DNA of 64,000 nucleotides, from positions 1 to 64,000 of the IMG/VR virus record IMGVR_UViG_3300042691_019533; one strand, given 5' to 3'. The notes under the pieces are model-generated. The model saw only the letters and a program-made list of their open reading frames with translations, was not told the origin of the DNA and did not search any database. The DNA is from a virus. Positions 45,798 through 55,638 of the stretch are shown here, in pieces (position 1 is the stretch's first letter; each line of letters opens with the position of its first letter). A program made the translations under genes and the position numbers.

Positions 45798-46118
45798 ATG
45801 GGTATTAATAAAATCACATCACTAAGTTATTTCATTAAACGTCTAAGGGATTCTGGATACGTAACTGATAAGTTATATTCGGATTATTCCAATTCGGATG
45901 CTAGATCATGGACCGTAATAGTAGATCCTAAAGGACTTTCTGTGTTTATAACATGTTTTAATAATCATAATTTTTTTGGAGAAGAATATTTTGCCATATA
46001 TGATGGTGGACAATATATCCCAGACAATTTTAAACTAAAAACAAGTTCTATAGAAGTTGTAGTTGAATATCTTTCAAAATTTAACATAAATAATAAATCT
46101 CCATCATATTCTAAATAA
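45798..46118 (+). CDS. Hypothetical protein
   Basis: 106-aa ORF. Confidence 0.6.
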   Translation: MGINKITSLSYFIKRLRDSGYVTDKLYSDYSNSDARSWTVIVDPKGLSVFITCFNNHNFFGEEYFAIYDGGQYIPDNFKLKTSSIEVVVEYLSKFNINNKSPSYSK

Positions 46119-46119
46119 A

Positions 46120-46509
46120 ATGGAACCAAAAAAACAAAAATATAAAAGTAAAAAACAAACTAATATAAATTCATTATCTGGAGACAATAAAAATGATATT
46201 ATTAGTGTTTCTACTATGATGGAAATACAACAAAAAGTTTTCGAAGAAATAGATAATTTAGAACTACAAAAAAGTTTATTAGATTGGGAAAAAAAACTTA
46301 AACAAAAACAAAAAATAGGAAAAAGAGATTTGTCAATACTAAAAGATACCATAAGTGAATATATGAATACATTTTTACTTTTTGGTTACAATTTAGATGA
46401 TGACAGAGTTATAATTCAAAAATTTGAAAATCCAAGAGATAGAGATGCTATGATGGAATTTTTAAAAAATATATTTATAAAACAACAAAGTGAAAATTTT
46501 TTAGATTAA
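46120..46509 (+). CDS. Hypothetical protein
   Basis: 129-aa ORF, 1 nt after the previous stop. Confidence 0.6.
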   Translation: MEPKKQKYKSKKQTNINSLSGDNKNDIISVSTMMEIQQKVFEEIDNLELQKSLLDWEKKLKQKQKIGKRDLSILKDTISEYMNTFLLFGYNLDDDRVIIQKFENPRDRDAMMEFLKNIFIKQQSENFLD

Positions 46510-46510
46510 T

Positions 46511-47572
46511 ATGGACATAGAAGAAATTTGCAAACAAAAAATATTTAATTCAACGGTATTTAAATCAAATAGTTCTAAACTTTTAGATCCCGATTTTGAT
46601 TTAAAGGGATTCGTTTGCGAAGTACTAAAAGTAGTAAACATACCAAATATAGATCCAGTTTTAAATGATCCGGAACCATTTTATACACCATCTCAAGATT
46701 TTTCAACATTATTAACTGTTGGTGATCCTAGAATGCCTTTAGGATTAGTGTTATCTGCATCATATATAAATTTCTTACCTAGAAATATAGTTAAAGTTGA
46801 AGCTATTAAATTAGGAGGAACTCAGATAATAGAAGGTATTATTTGTAATAGTGATGGAATACCAGTTAAAGAAACGACTTTAGATTCTTTTGCTGATAAA
46901 GATCCAAAACAAAAAGAAATATACGTAAGAGGAATTTTAGAAAATCCGGATCTTAAAAAAATCTATCCTCAATATAATTTTTACGAATCTATATGTTTTG
47001 AACAACCCCCAATTACAATAGCACCTTTACTAAAAACAATAGATCAAATCGAAAATCTACCCCCGTTAAATATTATTGCACATAGCAAAGAATATAATGA
47101 TTTATTTTCATACTCATATCAAGTTGATATGTGCTCAAAACCACTAGATTTTAATACTATATTAGATATAGAATCAACAGCACAAGAATATCAAAATTTT
47201 ACAAATGAAATGTTATCTTTTGGTAAAAAACAAAATACATTATATTTTATAGAGTTCTTAAAAAGATTTTTTATAACAAGAGGTTGGAAAATATATTTAA
47301 ATAAATTTGAAGTTCCTCCGGTATTTTTTATAGTTGCATCTAAAAACAATTCAAAAATTTATTTAAAATATTGGTATGATCAACTTGATAATATATCTGT
47401 GTTATTAGGAATTGATACTATAACTTCAAATATTTCTAAAACTGGAATATCAATGGATGCTAAATTAGCAAGAACTGTGGTTGATCCATTACCAGATTAT
47501 AGAAAGATAATGAAAAGTTCGGAATTACAAGAAACATTCTATAAGTACGTTTTAGAAAATTATTTATTATAG
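46511..47572 (+). CDS. Hypothetical protein
   Basis: 353-aa ORF with no recognised motif. Confidence 0.65.
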   Translation: MDIEEICKQKIFNSTVFKSNSSKLLDPDFDLKGFVCEVLKVVNIPNIDPVLNDPEPFYTPSQDFSTLLTVGDPRMPLGLVLSASYINFLPRNIVKVEAIKLGGTQIIEGIICNSDGIPVKETTLDSFADKDPKQKEIYVRGILENPDLKKIYPQYNFYESICFEQPPITIAPLLKTIDQIENLPPLNIIAHSKEYNDLFSYSYQVDMCSKPLDFNTILDIESTAQEYQNFTNEMLSFGKKQNTLYFIEFLKRFFITRGWKIYLNKFEVPPVFFIVASKNNSKIYLKYWYDQLDNISVLLGIDTITSNISKTGISMDAKLARTVVDPLPDYRKIMKSSELQETFYKYVLENYLL

Positions 47573-47586
47573 TATCTTATAATAAA

Positions 47587-49710
47587 TTATTCGCATTCAA
47601 ATAAATTAAATGTAGGTTCTGGTATTAATTCTCCATCTGGAGTAAACTTAACTGGTGCGTCTACATAATCCTTATCACCAAAAGCATTATCAGAATTTAT
47701 ACCATATGATTGATTTCTTTTTATTCTAGCAGCTCTAATTCTAGATGCATTTCCGAATGGAGATCCTCCACCTCCACACGGTCCTAAATCTCCCAAGCTA
47801 GGATAGTTACCAGTTTGATTACCCATACCAGTAGCTCTAGCAGGAGTAGGAATAACGGAAGGTTCATCCCGTGAAGCCGTCGCCGCCGCAGCACTATCAT
47901 AACCAAGCATTCTAGGCATTATATAACTATGAGAATGTTGATCCCCCGGAGATCCATGATTATGAGTGTATGTATAAATCGGTATCATAGAAGGTGTTAC
48001 GAAAGCAGTACCATTTAATGAACTTATTCCTCCATAACTACATGTTCCAAATCCATAAACCGTAATTGGCATATATGTAGTATAATCATATATCATCGCA
48101 TATCCAGTCGGTAAAAAAGTATTATCAACAACTTGACTTATTTGTGCAGTTGAATATGTTTCTTCAGTAATAGTTTTAATAAAATCTGGACGCAATATTG
48201 CCAATAAAAGACTAACAACTGGAATTCTTTCTATATTTTTCCAAATTTTATCGAACACATCCATCGTAGTAGCATCCGGTTTTATTGGATTATTCCAATT
48301 TGATCCGGAATGTACATTATGTGGAGAACTAGATAATGTGGTTTGTGTATTTTCAATTGGTGTTATTAAATGATTACATTGAATACCCCCATCCATTACG
48401 ATTGAACCTTTAACTGCTAGATCTGCTTTTACGCTTAATTTTCCTCCAACCCAAACTCTATCAGATTCTAAACATATCGCATCACCATCTGCTTGCCTAG
48501 CTTCTATGACTACGTTTGCTCCGGATATTATAGTTTTATTTTTAGATGCCATCACTAATTCACCTTCAGTCGCATTAACTAAAGTTGTAGCTCCTACCAA
48601 TGCAGCTTTTCCAGATGTTTCTATAGTATAACCTCCAGACCCAACCGTTACATTATAACGCTGTCCTATATCCCAAGTTTTACTTCCGGCCAATAAAGTA
48701 GGAGGACTATATATAGCTCTTTTACATGCTCCAGCTGATGATGGAATTAAACACCAGTCTGGCTTCCCCTTTACTAATCCTGTAATTATAGGATTCTTTT
48801 CTCCAAAAGAAATTACTTTAGATTCGTTTCTAACTAATCCAATTTTTGTTATATAATCTGAAGAATAAGTTTTGATATGACTTTCTGCTGGTATTTGTTT
48901 TTGTAATTTTTCAATTTGTTTTTTATTTTTTTCGTATTCATCAGCAGCTGCTTTATTTCCTTGTTGTATTGCATAAAGAGGAGATGATATGGATCCATTT
49001 TTACAACCACTACATCCGCACGAACCTCCAGTTAATGCGGCTATTATTATATCATCAAGAAAAAACCCCAATACGGTTCGCAATACTGCTTGCGCCTTTT
49101 CCATTAAACTACCAAATGAAGAATTTGGTTTTATATTAAAAAGTGCATTTATATATTTAAACGCAGTATTAACCATTGTGGAAGCTCTATCTATGTCAAC
49201 TTTATTTGTTCCACAAACAGGGCATACAATTTTTTCATCATTCTTTGCGTTTTTTTCTATTTCTTCTACGCATTTATTATCTATCTGACTTGTTATTTTT
49301 TGTAATTTTTGAGCTGCTTCTACAGTTTTTTTATCGTGCGTTCCACTAATATAGTGATGAGATCCTCTTATAGTTTCATATTTGTCTCCGTAATAATAAT
49401 ATTGGGCGTCATTACCTACAAACTTATAATAATTAGCGGTAATATAATCAGATTTATCACTTGTTGTTTTGGATATTATTTTTCCTCCTCTAAAACTAAT
49501 AAAAGATTTATTTTTATCCTGTAACTGAATGAATGAAGTATCTTCAGGGATAAAAGATCCGAACTCGTCTTTCCTTACTTTATTACAAAATACTAAAGCT
49601 CCAGCTTCATTTCCTAATCTACTTTTTTCATATGACACATCTTGAGTTATTGTCGGTGGAACCAAACCTCCACTTAAATTTTGAAAAATACTAGTATCAA
49701 CTGCAATCAT
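47587..49710 (-). CDS. Baseplate central spike, C-terminal moiety (gp5-C-like beta-helix)
   Basis: Follows the gp5 OB gene. VGND..../GDKYETIRG-type and VTVGSGGYTIETSG beta-helix repeats, and an HNH...HSH tip motif. Confidence 0.55.
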   Translation of the reverse strand: MIAVDTSIFQNLSGGLVPPTITQDVSYEKSRLGNEAGALVFCNKVRKDEFGSFIPEDTSFIQLQDKNKSFISFRGGKIISKTTSDKSDYITANYYKFVGNDAQYYYYGDKYETIRGSHHYISGTHDKKTVEAAQKLQKITSQIDNKCVEEIEKNAKNDEKIVCPVCGTNKVDIDRASTMVNTAFKYINALFNIKPNSSFGSLMEKAQAVLRTVLGFFLDDIIIAALTGGSCGCSGCKNGSISSPLYAIQQGNKAAADEYEKNKKQIEKLQKQIPAESHIKTYSSDYITKIGLVRNESKVISFGEKNPIITGLVKGKPDWCLIPSSAGACKRAIYSPPTLLAGSKTWDIGQRYNVTVGSGGYTIETSGKAALVGATTLVNATEGELVMASKNKTIISGANVVIEARQADGDAICLESDRVWVGGKLSVKADLAVKGSIVMDGGIQCNHLITPIENTQTTLSSSPHNVHSGSNWNNPIKPDATTMDVFDKIWKNIERIPVVSLLLAILRPDFIKTITEETYSTAQISQVVDNTFLPTGYAMIYDYTTYMPITVYGFGTCSYGGISSLNGTAFVTPSMIPIYTYTHNHGSPGDQHSHSYIMPRMLGYDSAAAATASRDEPSVIPTPARATGMGNQTGNYPSLGDLGPCGGGGSPFGNASRIRAARIKRNQSYGINSDNAFGDKDYVDAPVKFTPDGELIPEPTFNLFECE

Positions 49711-49743
49711 AATATATATTTAGTTTTTATATAAAAAATACAA

Positions 49744-50895
49744 CTATATATAGGTATTAGATGGTTCTATAAAAGCACCAATAACTATAGGACTTAAATG
49801 ATTTCCATCCAAAAACATAACATATGCTTTTGCTCCCACTTGAGGAGCACTTATAAATCCAATAGAGCTTCCCGCATTTCCAATATACGACGACCCATCC
49901 CCTGAGGAGCCGTTAAAATCTGTACATATTCTTGGTACTAGTTCTGGTGGTTTGGTTACTACTATGGGATCAGTAGATGGTTGCATTTCCGGAAGAGGAG
50001 TTTCAAAATCAATTCTCTCTATTTCAGATGAAAGAGTCCCTTGGCGATTATTAATACCATTAGCTTTTTGAGCTAATTTTTCAGATTCTATATTGTTTTT
50101 AGCTATTGTAAACCATTTTGGTTCAGAAACTAACGATTTAATTTCTGGTTTATCAGTAACTTCATCTGCTGATCTTGGCCATCCAACGTGAAGATGATCG
50201 CCTTCCCAGTATATTTTAGAAACCCCAGGCTGGTTAGCAAACCAATTAAGATATGCAGCCTTAGTTTGGTCTGTTATTGGGTTTTTATTTTTATCTAGAG
50301 CACTAATGTCTAATGCAAGACCACCTTTAGCGTAAGGACCACTTTCATTTTTATTATTATCGGGATAATGAGCACTACCAGCACTATGACCAGTTGATTC
50401 AGCCGCGCCGGATATCCTAGCATCCGGAAAATTAGAAAGAAAATGCGTTGCGTTATTATATACAGATGAATTTAAATTAGCTACATTTGTTCTATTTGGA
50501 TCGGGAGTATTTAAATTTTCTAATGGAATTTCATCAGTTGGTGTACTTGGTGATTCTCCATCAAGATTCAAATACAATGTATCTGATTCTGATTCTACTT
50601 CTGTAGGTATTGGGGTTGGATTGTTGTTATTATCAACCGGAGCACCAGTTCCACCACCAAAAAATGGCATAGCTACTTCAGCCCAAGGTAATACATCAAT
50701 TAATCTTTGAGTTATTTCAGGTGTAAAAACATCAGAATCCAAAGTTCTAAATCTTATATTTTTATTAGATTCATTCCAACCGGAATATAAAGTATTTGTC
50801 AAATGAGGAATATATACTTGAACTCTTCCTTTTTGCTTTGGGTCTTTATTATTTACAACAAGTCCTATATAAATATTATTTAAAGATGTAGTCAT
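49744..50895 (-). CDS. gp5/VgrG N-terminal OB-fold protein with an inserted M15-like peptidase
   Basis: YIGLVVNNKDPKQKGRVQVYIP, WAEVAMP and PQVGAKAYVMFLDGNHLSPIVIG flank SAHY...ALDI...DHLHVG. Confidence 0.75.
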   Translation of the reverse strand: MTTSLNNIYIGLVVNNKDPKQKGRVQVYIPHLTNTLYSGWNESNKNIRFRTLDSDVFTPEITQRLIDVLPWAEVAMPFFGGGTGAPVDNNNNPTPIPTEVESESDTLYLNLDGESPSTPTDEIPLENLNTPDPNRTNVANLNSSVYNNATHFLSNFPDARISGAAESTGHSAGSAHYPDNNKNESGPYAKGGLALDISALDKNKNPITDQTKAAYLNWFANQPGVSKIYWEGDHLHVGWPRSADEVTDKPEIKSLVSEPKWFTIAKNNIESEKLAQKANGINNRQGTLSSEIERIDFETPLPEMQPSTDPIVVTKPPELVPRICTDFNGSSGDGSSYIGNAGSSIGFISAPQVGAKAYVMFLDGNHLSPIVIGAFIEPSNTYI

Positions 50896-50900
50896 TTATA

Positions 50901-52460
50901 TTATGTAGCTGGAAGTCTTTGTTGATTAGGATTTATGCTATCCGTTAATCCCTCATCTTCATCTGGCTTTGCACTATTAATATTTTTATTAGATTTAAAT
51001 GGATTTATAGAATTTAAAAAATCACCAGCACCAGCTAAATCTTTTGGTAAATCAGTTTGTAATCCTTTGAATTCTTTAGTTAATATTTTGAAGTTTTGTT
51101 TTAAATTAGCTCCTATATCATATGGATCTTTTGGATTTCCTAAAACATCTTCTGTTCCACCATTGTAATAATTAGCATCCATCAAATCATTAACATCCGG
51201 TATACTAGAATCATCTGAATTGTATCTCTCCCAAATTGATTTAGCTTTACTCATCACATCACTTAGAGGAGTAACGCCAGAAGAATATTTAGAACCATAT
51301 TTTTCAACTAAAGCTCCGACAATATCTCCTTGTAGAGCAGTATTTATATAAGATAATCCAAAATTAGCCAAATTATCAGATATAAATCCTTCGGGATCTT
51401 CCCCGATACTATTAAAATTATCTATATATTTTTTAACGTCTTCCGGAAGAAATGCTGCTAATGTAGTAAATGGATTTTGTATAAAATTAGAAGTAGTATT
51501 TACATAGGTTTGAATGGTATTTAAATAATTTAACCACGGACCACTTGCGTTAAATAAAGAAGTAAAGAAATTTATATCATCTAAAACGATTTGAACTGTA
51601 TCTAGTATTAAACATAACAAATCTAAAGGGATGATTTGATTTATGAGATTTAAAAGAAATAATTTTATATTATTTATTATTATATTTATAGTGGCGTAAA
51701 CTTTTCTTATTAGTTTAGTTAACTGTTTATAAAAATCATTTATTAAAGTGTTTAAAGTTCTAACTACACCATTTATTAAATTCATAACTCTTCTGATGGA
51801 ACCAAAAGCACCAGTAGGCATTGATAAATAAGATCTAGTTCTTATAGTATTACAAAATTTTTCCAAGCTATTAACAGATCCGGGTGCTATTTTTTCCATA
51901 GCATTAGTAACTAAACTTGGAGTAAACCTATTAGGTCCAGTCATAGCGTTATTATCTCTCCTATCTCCATTAGCTTCGATGTTTCCAAATTGTCCAATAC
52001 TATCAAAAGATCCTTTACTATACGCTGGAGTTTTTTTTAAAATTTCAGTTAATTGTGGTATATTTATCATTCTTTGAAAATCTTTTATAAAGATTTCATC
52101 CGCTACATATTTTTCACCATTAACTTGTACTGTCATTACATTATTATCAAATCCTTCAGTTAAAAAATGTAAAAGAAGAAGATATTTTAATCTATTTAAA
52201 TCAGTAAATTGATGCTTTATTCTAGCTAATTCTCCACCTAAAATGTAAGGTAAAAGATTTAAATTTGTTTTTGATTCTAATGATCTAATTTCTTTTTTTA
52301 ATTCATTTAATTCTTCTTTTGATTGTATTACTTTAGAAGAAGGTGGTTCGACGCGAGATTTTTTAACTTTAGGTAAACCTGTTTCTTTAATGTCTTTCCC
52401 TACTGACTTAGGAGTAGTTTCTTTTTTTGTATTTTTAGCCGAAACTTTTTGAATTGCCAT
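50901..52460 (-). CDS. Hypothetical virion-associated helical protein
   Basis: 519 aa with long amphipathic helices, in the same operon as the gp5-like genes. Confidence 0.55.
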   Translation of the reverse strand: MAIQKVSAKNTKKETTPKSVGKDIKETGLPKVKKSRVEPPSSKVIQSKEELNELKKEIRSLESKTNLNLLPYILGGELARIKHQFTDLNRLKYLLLLHFLTEGFDNNVMTVQVNGEKYVADEIFIKDFQRMINIPQLTEILKKTPAYSKGSFDSIGQFGNIEANGDRRDNNAMTGPNRFTPSLVTNAMEKIAPGSVNSLEKFCNTIRTRSYLSMPTGAFGSIRRVMNLINGVVRTLNTLINDFYKQLTKLIRKVYATINIIINNIKLFLLNLINQIIPLDLLCLILDTVQIVLDDINFFTSLFNASGPWLNYLNTIQTYVNTTSNFIQNPFTTLAAFLPEDVKKYIDNFNSIGEDPEGFISDNLANFGLSYINTALQGDIVGALVEKYGSKYSSGVTPLSDVMSKAKSIWERYNSDDSSIPDVNDLMDANYYNGGTEDVLGNPKDPYDIGANLKQNFKILTKEFKGLQTDLPKDLAGAGDFLNSINPFKSNKNINSAKPDEDEGLTDSINPNQQRLPAT

Positions 52461-52502
52461 ATATAAAAACTTATCAAAATGTTCTATTTTTTCATTCTTT
52501 TG

Positions 52503-52531
52503 TTGATTTAAATAGTTTTATATAATATAAT
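52503..52531 (+). promoter_or_regulatory. Sigma70-like promoter of the dNMP kinase
   Basis: TTGATT-17 nt-TATAAT, 15 nt before the ATG. Confidence 0.55.
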
Positions 52532-52546
52532 TTTATATAAACAAAT

Positions 52547-53152
52547 ATGAAATATCCATTAATTGGAATATCGGGAGCAGCCAGATCAGGAAAAGATACT
52601 TTATGCAGAGCTTTAATTAGATTTTTTAAAACTAAAGAAATAAACTCTCGAAGAGTTTCTATAGCTGGAGATATAATTAAAAATGATTTAAAAAATTTAA
52701 TATTCAAAAAGATAGGATTAGATACATTTACTGAACATACAAATGATAAAAAAATACTAAGACCGCTTCTAGTGGAGTATGGAAAACTAATGAGAACGAG
52801 TAGTGAAGGAAGATATTTTATAGATAAATTTCAAGAAAAAGATAATATAATAACTATTATACCAGATATAAGATATGCAGAATTTAAAAATGATGAATTA
52901 GATTGGATTAAAAACGAGAATAATGGATTTTTAATTTTTATAAATCACGAATATATTAAAGATGCTAATATAACAGAAAAAGTTAACAATAAAATTATTA
53001 AAAAACAATCAGATTTTAAATTAAAATGGTCAACATTAAACGAAAAAAATCCAATAGATATGCAAAAAATAAATGATATAGCAGAAAAAATTGGAAGTTT
53101 ATATCTTAATAATTACCATTTACCAATCGGACAAACCGATGCCTTTAAATAA
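52547..53152 (+). CDS. Deoxynucleoside monophosphate kinase (T4 gp1-like)
   Basis: IGISGAARSGKDT, K..LRPLLVEYG..R and IIPDIRY...NE. Confidence 0.85.
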   Translation: MKYPLIGISGAARSGKDTLCRALIRFFKTKEINSRRVSIAGDIIKNDLKNLIFKKIGLDTFTEHTNDKKILRPLLVEYGKLMRTSSEGRYFIDKFQEKDNIITIIPDIRYAEFKNDELDWIKNENNGFLIFINHEYIKDANITEKVNNKIIKKQSDFKLKWSTLNEKNPIDMQKINDIAEKIGSLYLNNYHLPIGQTDAFK

Positions 53153-53421
53153 GTTTTTATAGCCATGTTACAACCACATTTTGAACATTTCTGAGAATCT
53201 TTTATAAAGAACTCACAAGAATTACATATATTTTTTCTACTTTCTATTTCAGAATTTTCAGATGTAATGGGATTACCTTCAGAAAAGCTTTTTACGTTTT
53301 TTATAAGATCTGATCCTAAATTTTTTGCCATCTGAAATGGAGAAGGTAACCTCTTATTAGAGGATTCTAATGTTCTAATTTTATTTTGCTGTATCATTTT
53401 TCTAAGATTATTTTTATCCAT
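53113..53421 (-). CDS. Small Cys-rich protein (DUF6171-like)
   Basis: R..IC..C...C.KCGC....K......CP.GKW. Confidence 0.7.
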   Translation of the reverse strand: MDKNNLRKMIQQNKIRTLESSNKRLPSPFQMAKNLGSDLIKNVKSFSEGNPITSENSEIESRKNICNSCEFFIKDSQKCSKCGCNMAIKTYLKASVCPIGKW

Positions 53422-53436
53422 ATTAATATATTTAAA

Positions 53437-55026
53437 CTAATAGTTTTTATCTTCAATATCCCAAAGCTTAGAAAAAGTATCAATTTTATTTGCTACCACT
53501 TCTGTTTTATAATCATTTTTTGTAAAAAGATGAGTTACAGAAGTTATTAACCATTGACCCAAAAACCTATCATTAAATGGATTTAAATCTCCAGAATTTA
53601 TACTATCAACAAATATAAACTTTCCGGGTGTTCGGCACGTTAATCCTTTTTGCTGAAAAGACAACGTTTGATTTAAAAATAAAAAATCTCTAATCATTTG
53701 AATTGATGGTACATTTTCATCTATATAAGGATCAGCTGAAAATTTATTATTAATCATTAACCCGCTTGATTTTGTTTTATTTATATTTGTTAATATATGA
53801 GGTTTATTATTAACATTTTGAGGTGTAAAATTATATAAAGTTGCTTTTGACATTTCTTCAATTTTTTTTATGGTATTTTGTATTGAATTTGGTTCAAAAA
53901 CTATATTAAATTGTCCATTTATAGTATCAAAATAATGTAATGGAGAATTTATCATTCTACTAGTATCGTCTACTGGAGCCATAGGAGAAAATTTATAATT
54001 TGAAATTCTAGAATATCCAGATATTAAATTATTTCCTTCTTCTTCATCTTTATTTTCATCTAAATACGCTCTAGGTACATATGGTAATATATTGTCGTTA
54101 TTAGCAGAATTTTCATCCAATATAAGTCTTTCTATTTGTTTATTAGAATTTTCTAATATTTCAGTTAATGAAATTAATTCAAAATATTTATTTACACTAC
54201 TTCTTCCAAATTCTAAAAATACAGGATCATTATTATCACCAACGCAACGTGAAAGTAAAAAATTTATATCATCGATTACGTTAAATTGCGCAGGAGAAAC
54301 ATAAAATTTATTTACTGCATCTTTTGGTCCTAGATTCCAATTATAAATATCTCCAAGTTTTATATTAGGTTTATCTATACTTGATTCTTCAGTAAACCCT
54401 ACCGTTATTGATTTTTCATTATTCTGAGAAGCAAACTTTATTAATTCAAATAATGCAACATTTGCACTTAAATTTCGAAGGGACTCATCTCTTTCTATAT
54501 CTTCTCTTTTTATTGTGGTTCCTTCCATGTTTAAAGCGGCATACGTAGTAGACCATTCTATATTTTTTTCTAAAAATATTTGATATCTCTCATCTACAAA
54601 ATAATATCTTTTTAATTTATTTTGCATATTATCGGAAGGGAGATCTTCTACATCATATATAACTAAATCATAAGACATTTCCCATTTTAATTTATCTTTA
54701 AATTCATCATCATTTTCATCTACTGGTATTATTCTTATGTGAATTTTATTTCTACCATCATTTCTATCTATATATAGATGTTTTGTTTTTTTATTATTAT
54801 TATTTAAAAAATCTCTTTGTGTTATTTCAAACGTATTATTTAAGACGATATTTCCAGTAACCCACCAATTAATTAATGTTTCGTTTATAGTTAAAGAATC
54901 AACTATAAAAGCTGGAATTGGAACTGGATCCTCTATTAAATTATAAAAATATATTTCAATAATATATTTTTCATTATTTATTTGATGTGCAAAAAAACTT
55001 TTGTCTAATTTTTTCTTATCAGCCAT
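53437..55026 (-). CDS. Baseplate hub protein (gp27/gpD-like)
   Basis: SLTINE.L...G.I.L at the N-terminus and G...RTPGKFI...GQWLITSVTHLF at the C-terminus, typical of hub proteins. Confidence 0.6.
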   Translation of the reverse strand: MADKKKLDKSFFAHQINNEKYIIEIYFYNLIEDPVPIPAFIVDSLTINETLINWWVTGNIVLNNTFEITQRDFLNNNNKKTKHLYIDRNDGRNKIHIRIIPVDENDDEFKDKLKWEMSYDLVIYDVEDLPSDNMQNKLKRYYFVDERYQIFLEKNIEWSTTYAALNMEGTTIKREDIERDESLRNLSANVALFELIKFASQNNEKSITVGFTEESSIDKPNIKLGDIYNWNLGPKDAVNKFYVSPAQFNVIDDINFLLSRCVGDNNDPVFLEFGRSSVNKYFELISLTEILENSNKQIERLILDENSANNDNILPYVPRAYLDENKDEEEGNNLISGYSRISNYKFSPMAPVDDTSRMINSPLHYFDTINGQFNIVFEPNSIQNTIKKIEEMSKATLYNFTPQNVNNKPHILTNINKTKSSGLMINNKFSADPYIDENVPSIQMIRDFLFLNQTLSFQQKGLTCRTPGKFIFVDSINSGDLNPFNDRFLGQWLITSVTHLFTKNDYKTEVVANKIDTFSKLWDIEDKNY

Positions 55027-55027
55027 A

Positions 55028-55636
55028 TTAACAATTTCTAGAAGAACTATTTATTAACATATCTATATGCAATTGATTAAATGAAAAAGTAGCGTTACAC
55101 GTAATCTCGTTTCCTTCTTGATTTGAAAAAATAATTTCACTTAAAGATGTAGGGAAAACATCTTTATAATTAAAACTTATTATTTTATTATTATATTCAT
55201 CCAATCCAAATATAGAAAATCTAGTAGTAAAATCTGACATAGGAGATGTTATGTTTGGTATCTCATCTCTTAGTATCGGAACGTTTGTAGCGTGAGTTAA
55301 CTCACTACCACCTTCTTTATAATCATTAAATAAATTTAACCAATTCCAAATTAACCAGTAGTTATAATAAGAATTATCAATTAAAAATTTTACAGTTAAT
55401 GGGTTATATGCTGGTCTACTTAAACTAGATGCTTTATATACTTGTCCACCATATGGTATATCAAGATCTGGAATTTTTACGTCTGGAACTGGAGAACCAT
55501 ATATTGTTATCTGTAAAGGATCTACTAAAAATTTACCTTTAAAATCATTATCATATTTATTTTTTAATGCTTTTGGTATATCTATAATTAATAGATATTT
55601 ATCATTTCTGGATCTATTCAATGATGATTGATACAT
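55028..55636 (-). CDS. gp3: Tail tube terminator/completion protein (T4 gp3-like, gp19 fold)
   Basis: YNPLTVKFLID..Y.NY..IWNWL, F.YKDVFPTSLS.I.F and C.ATF.F. Confidence 0.7.
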   Translation of the reverse strand: MYQSSLNRSRNDKYLLIIDIPKALKNKYDNDFKGKFLVDPLQITIYGSPVPDVKIPDLDIPYGGQVYKASSLSRPAYNPLTVKFLIDNSYYNYWLIWNWLNLFNDYKEGGSELTHATNVPILRDEIPNITSPMSDFTTRFSIFGLDEYNNKIISFNYKDVFPTSLSEIIFSNQEGNEITCNATFSFNQLHIDMLINSSSRNC

Positions 55637-55638
55637 AA

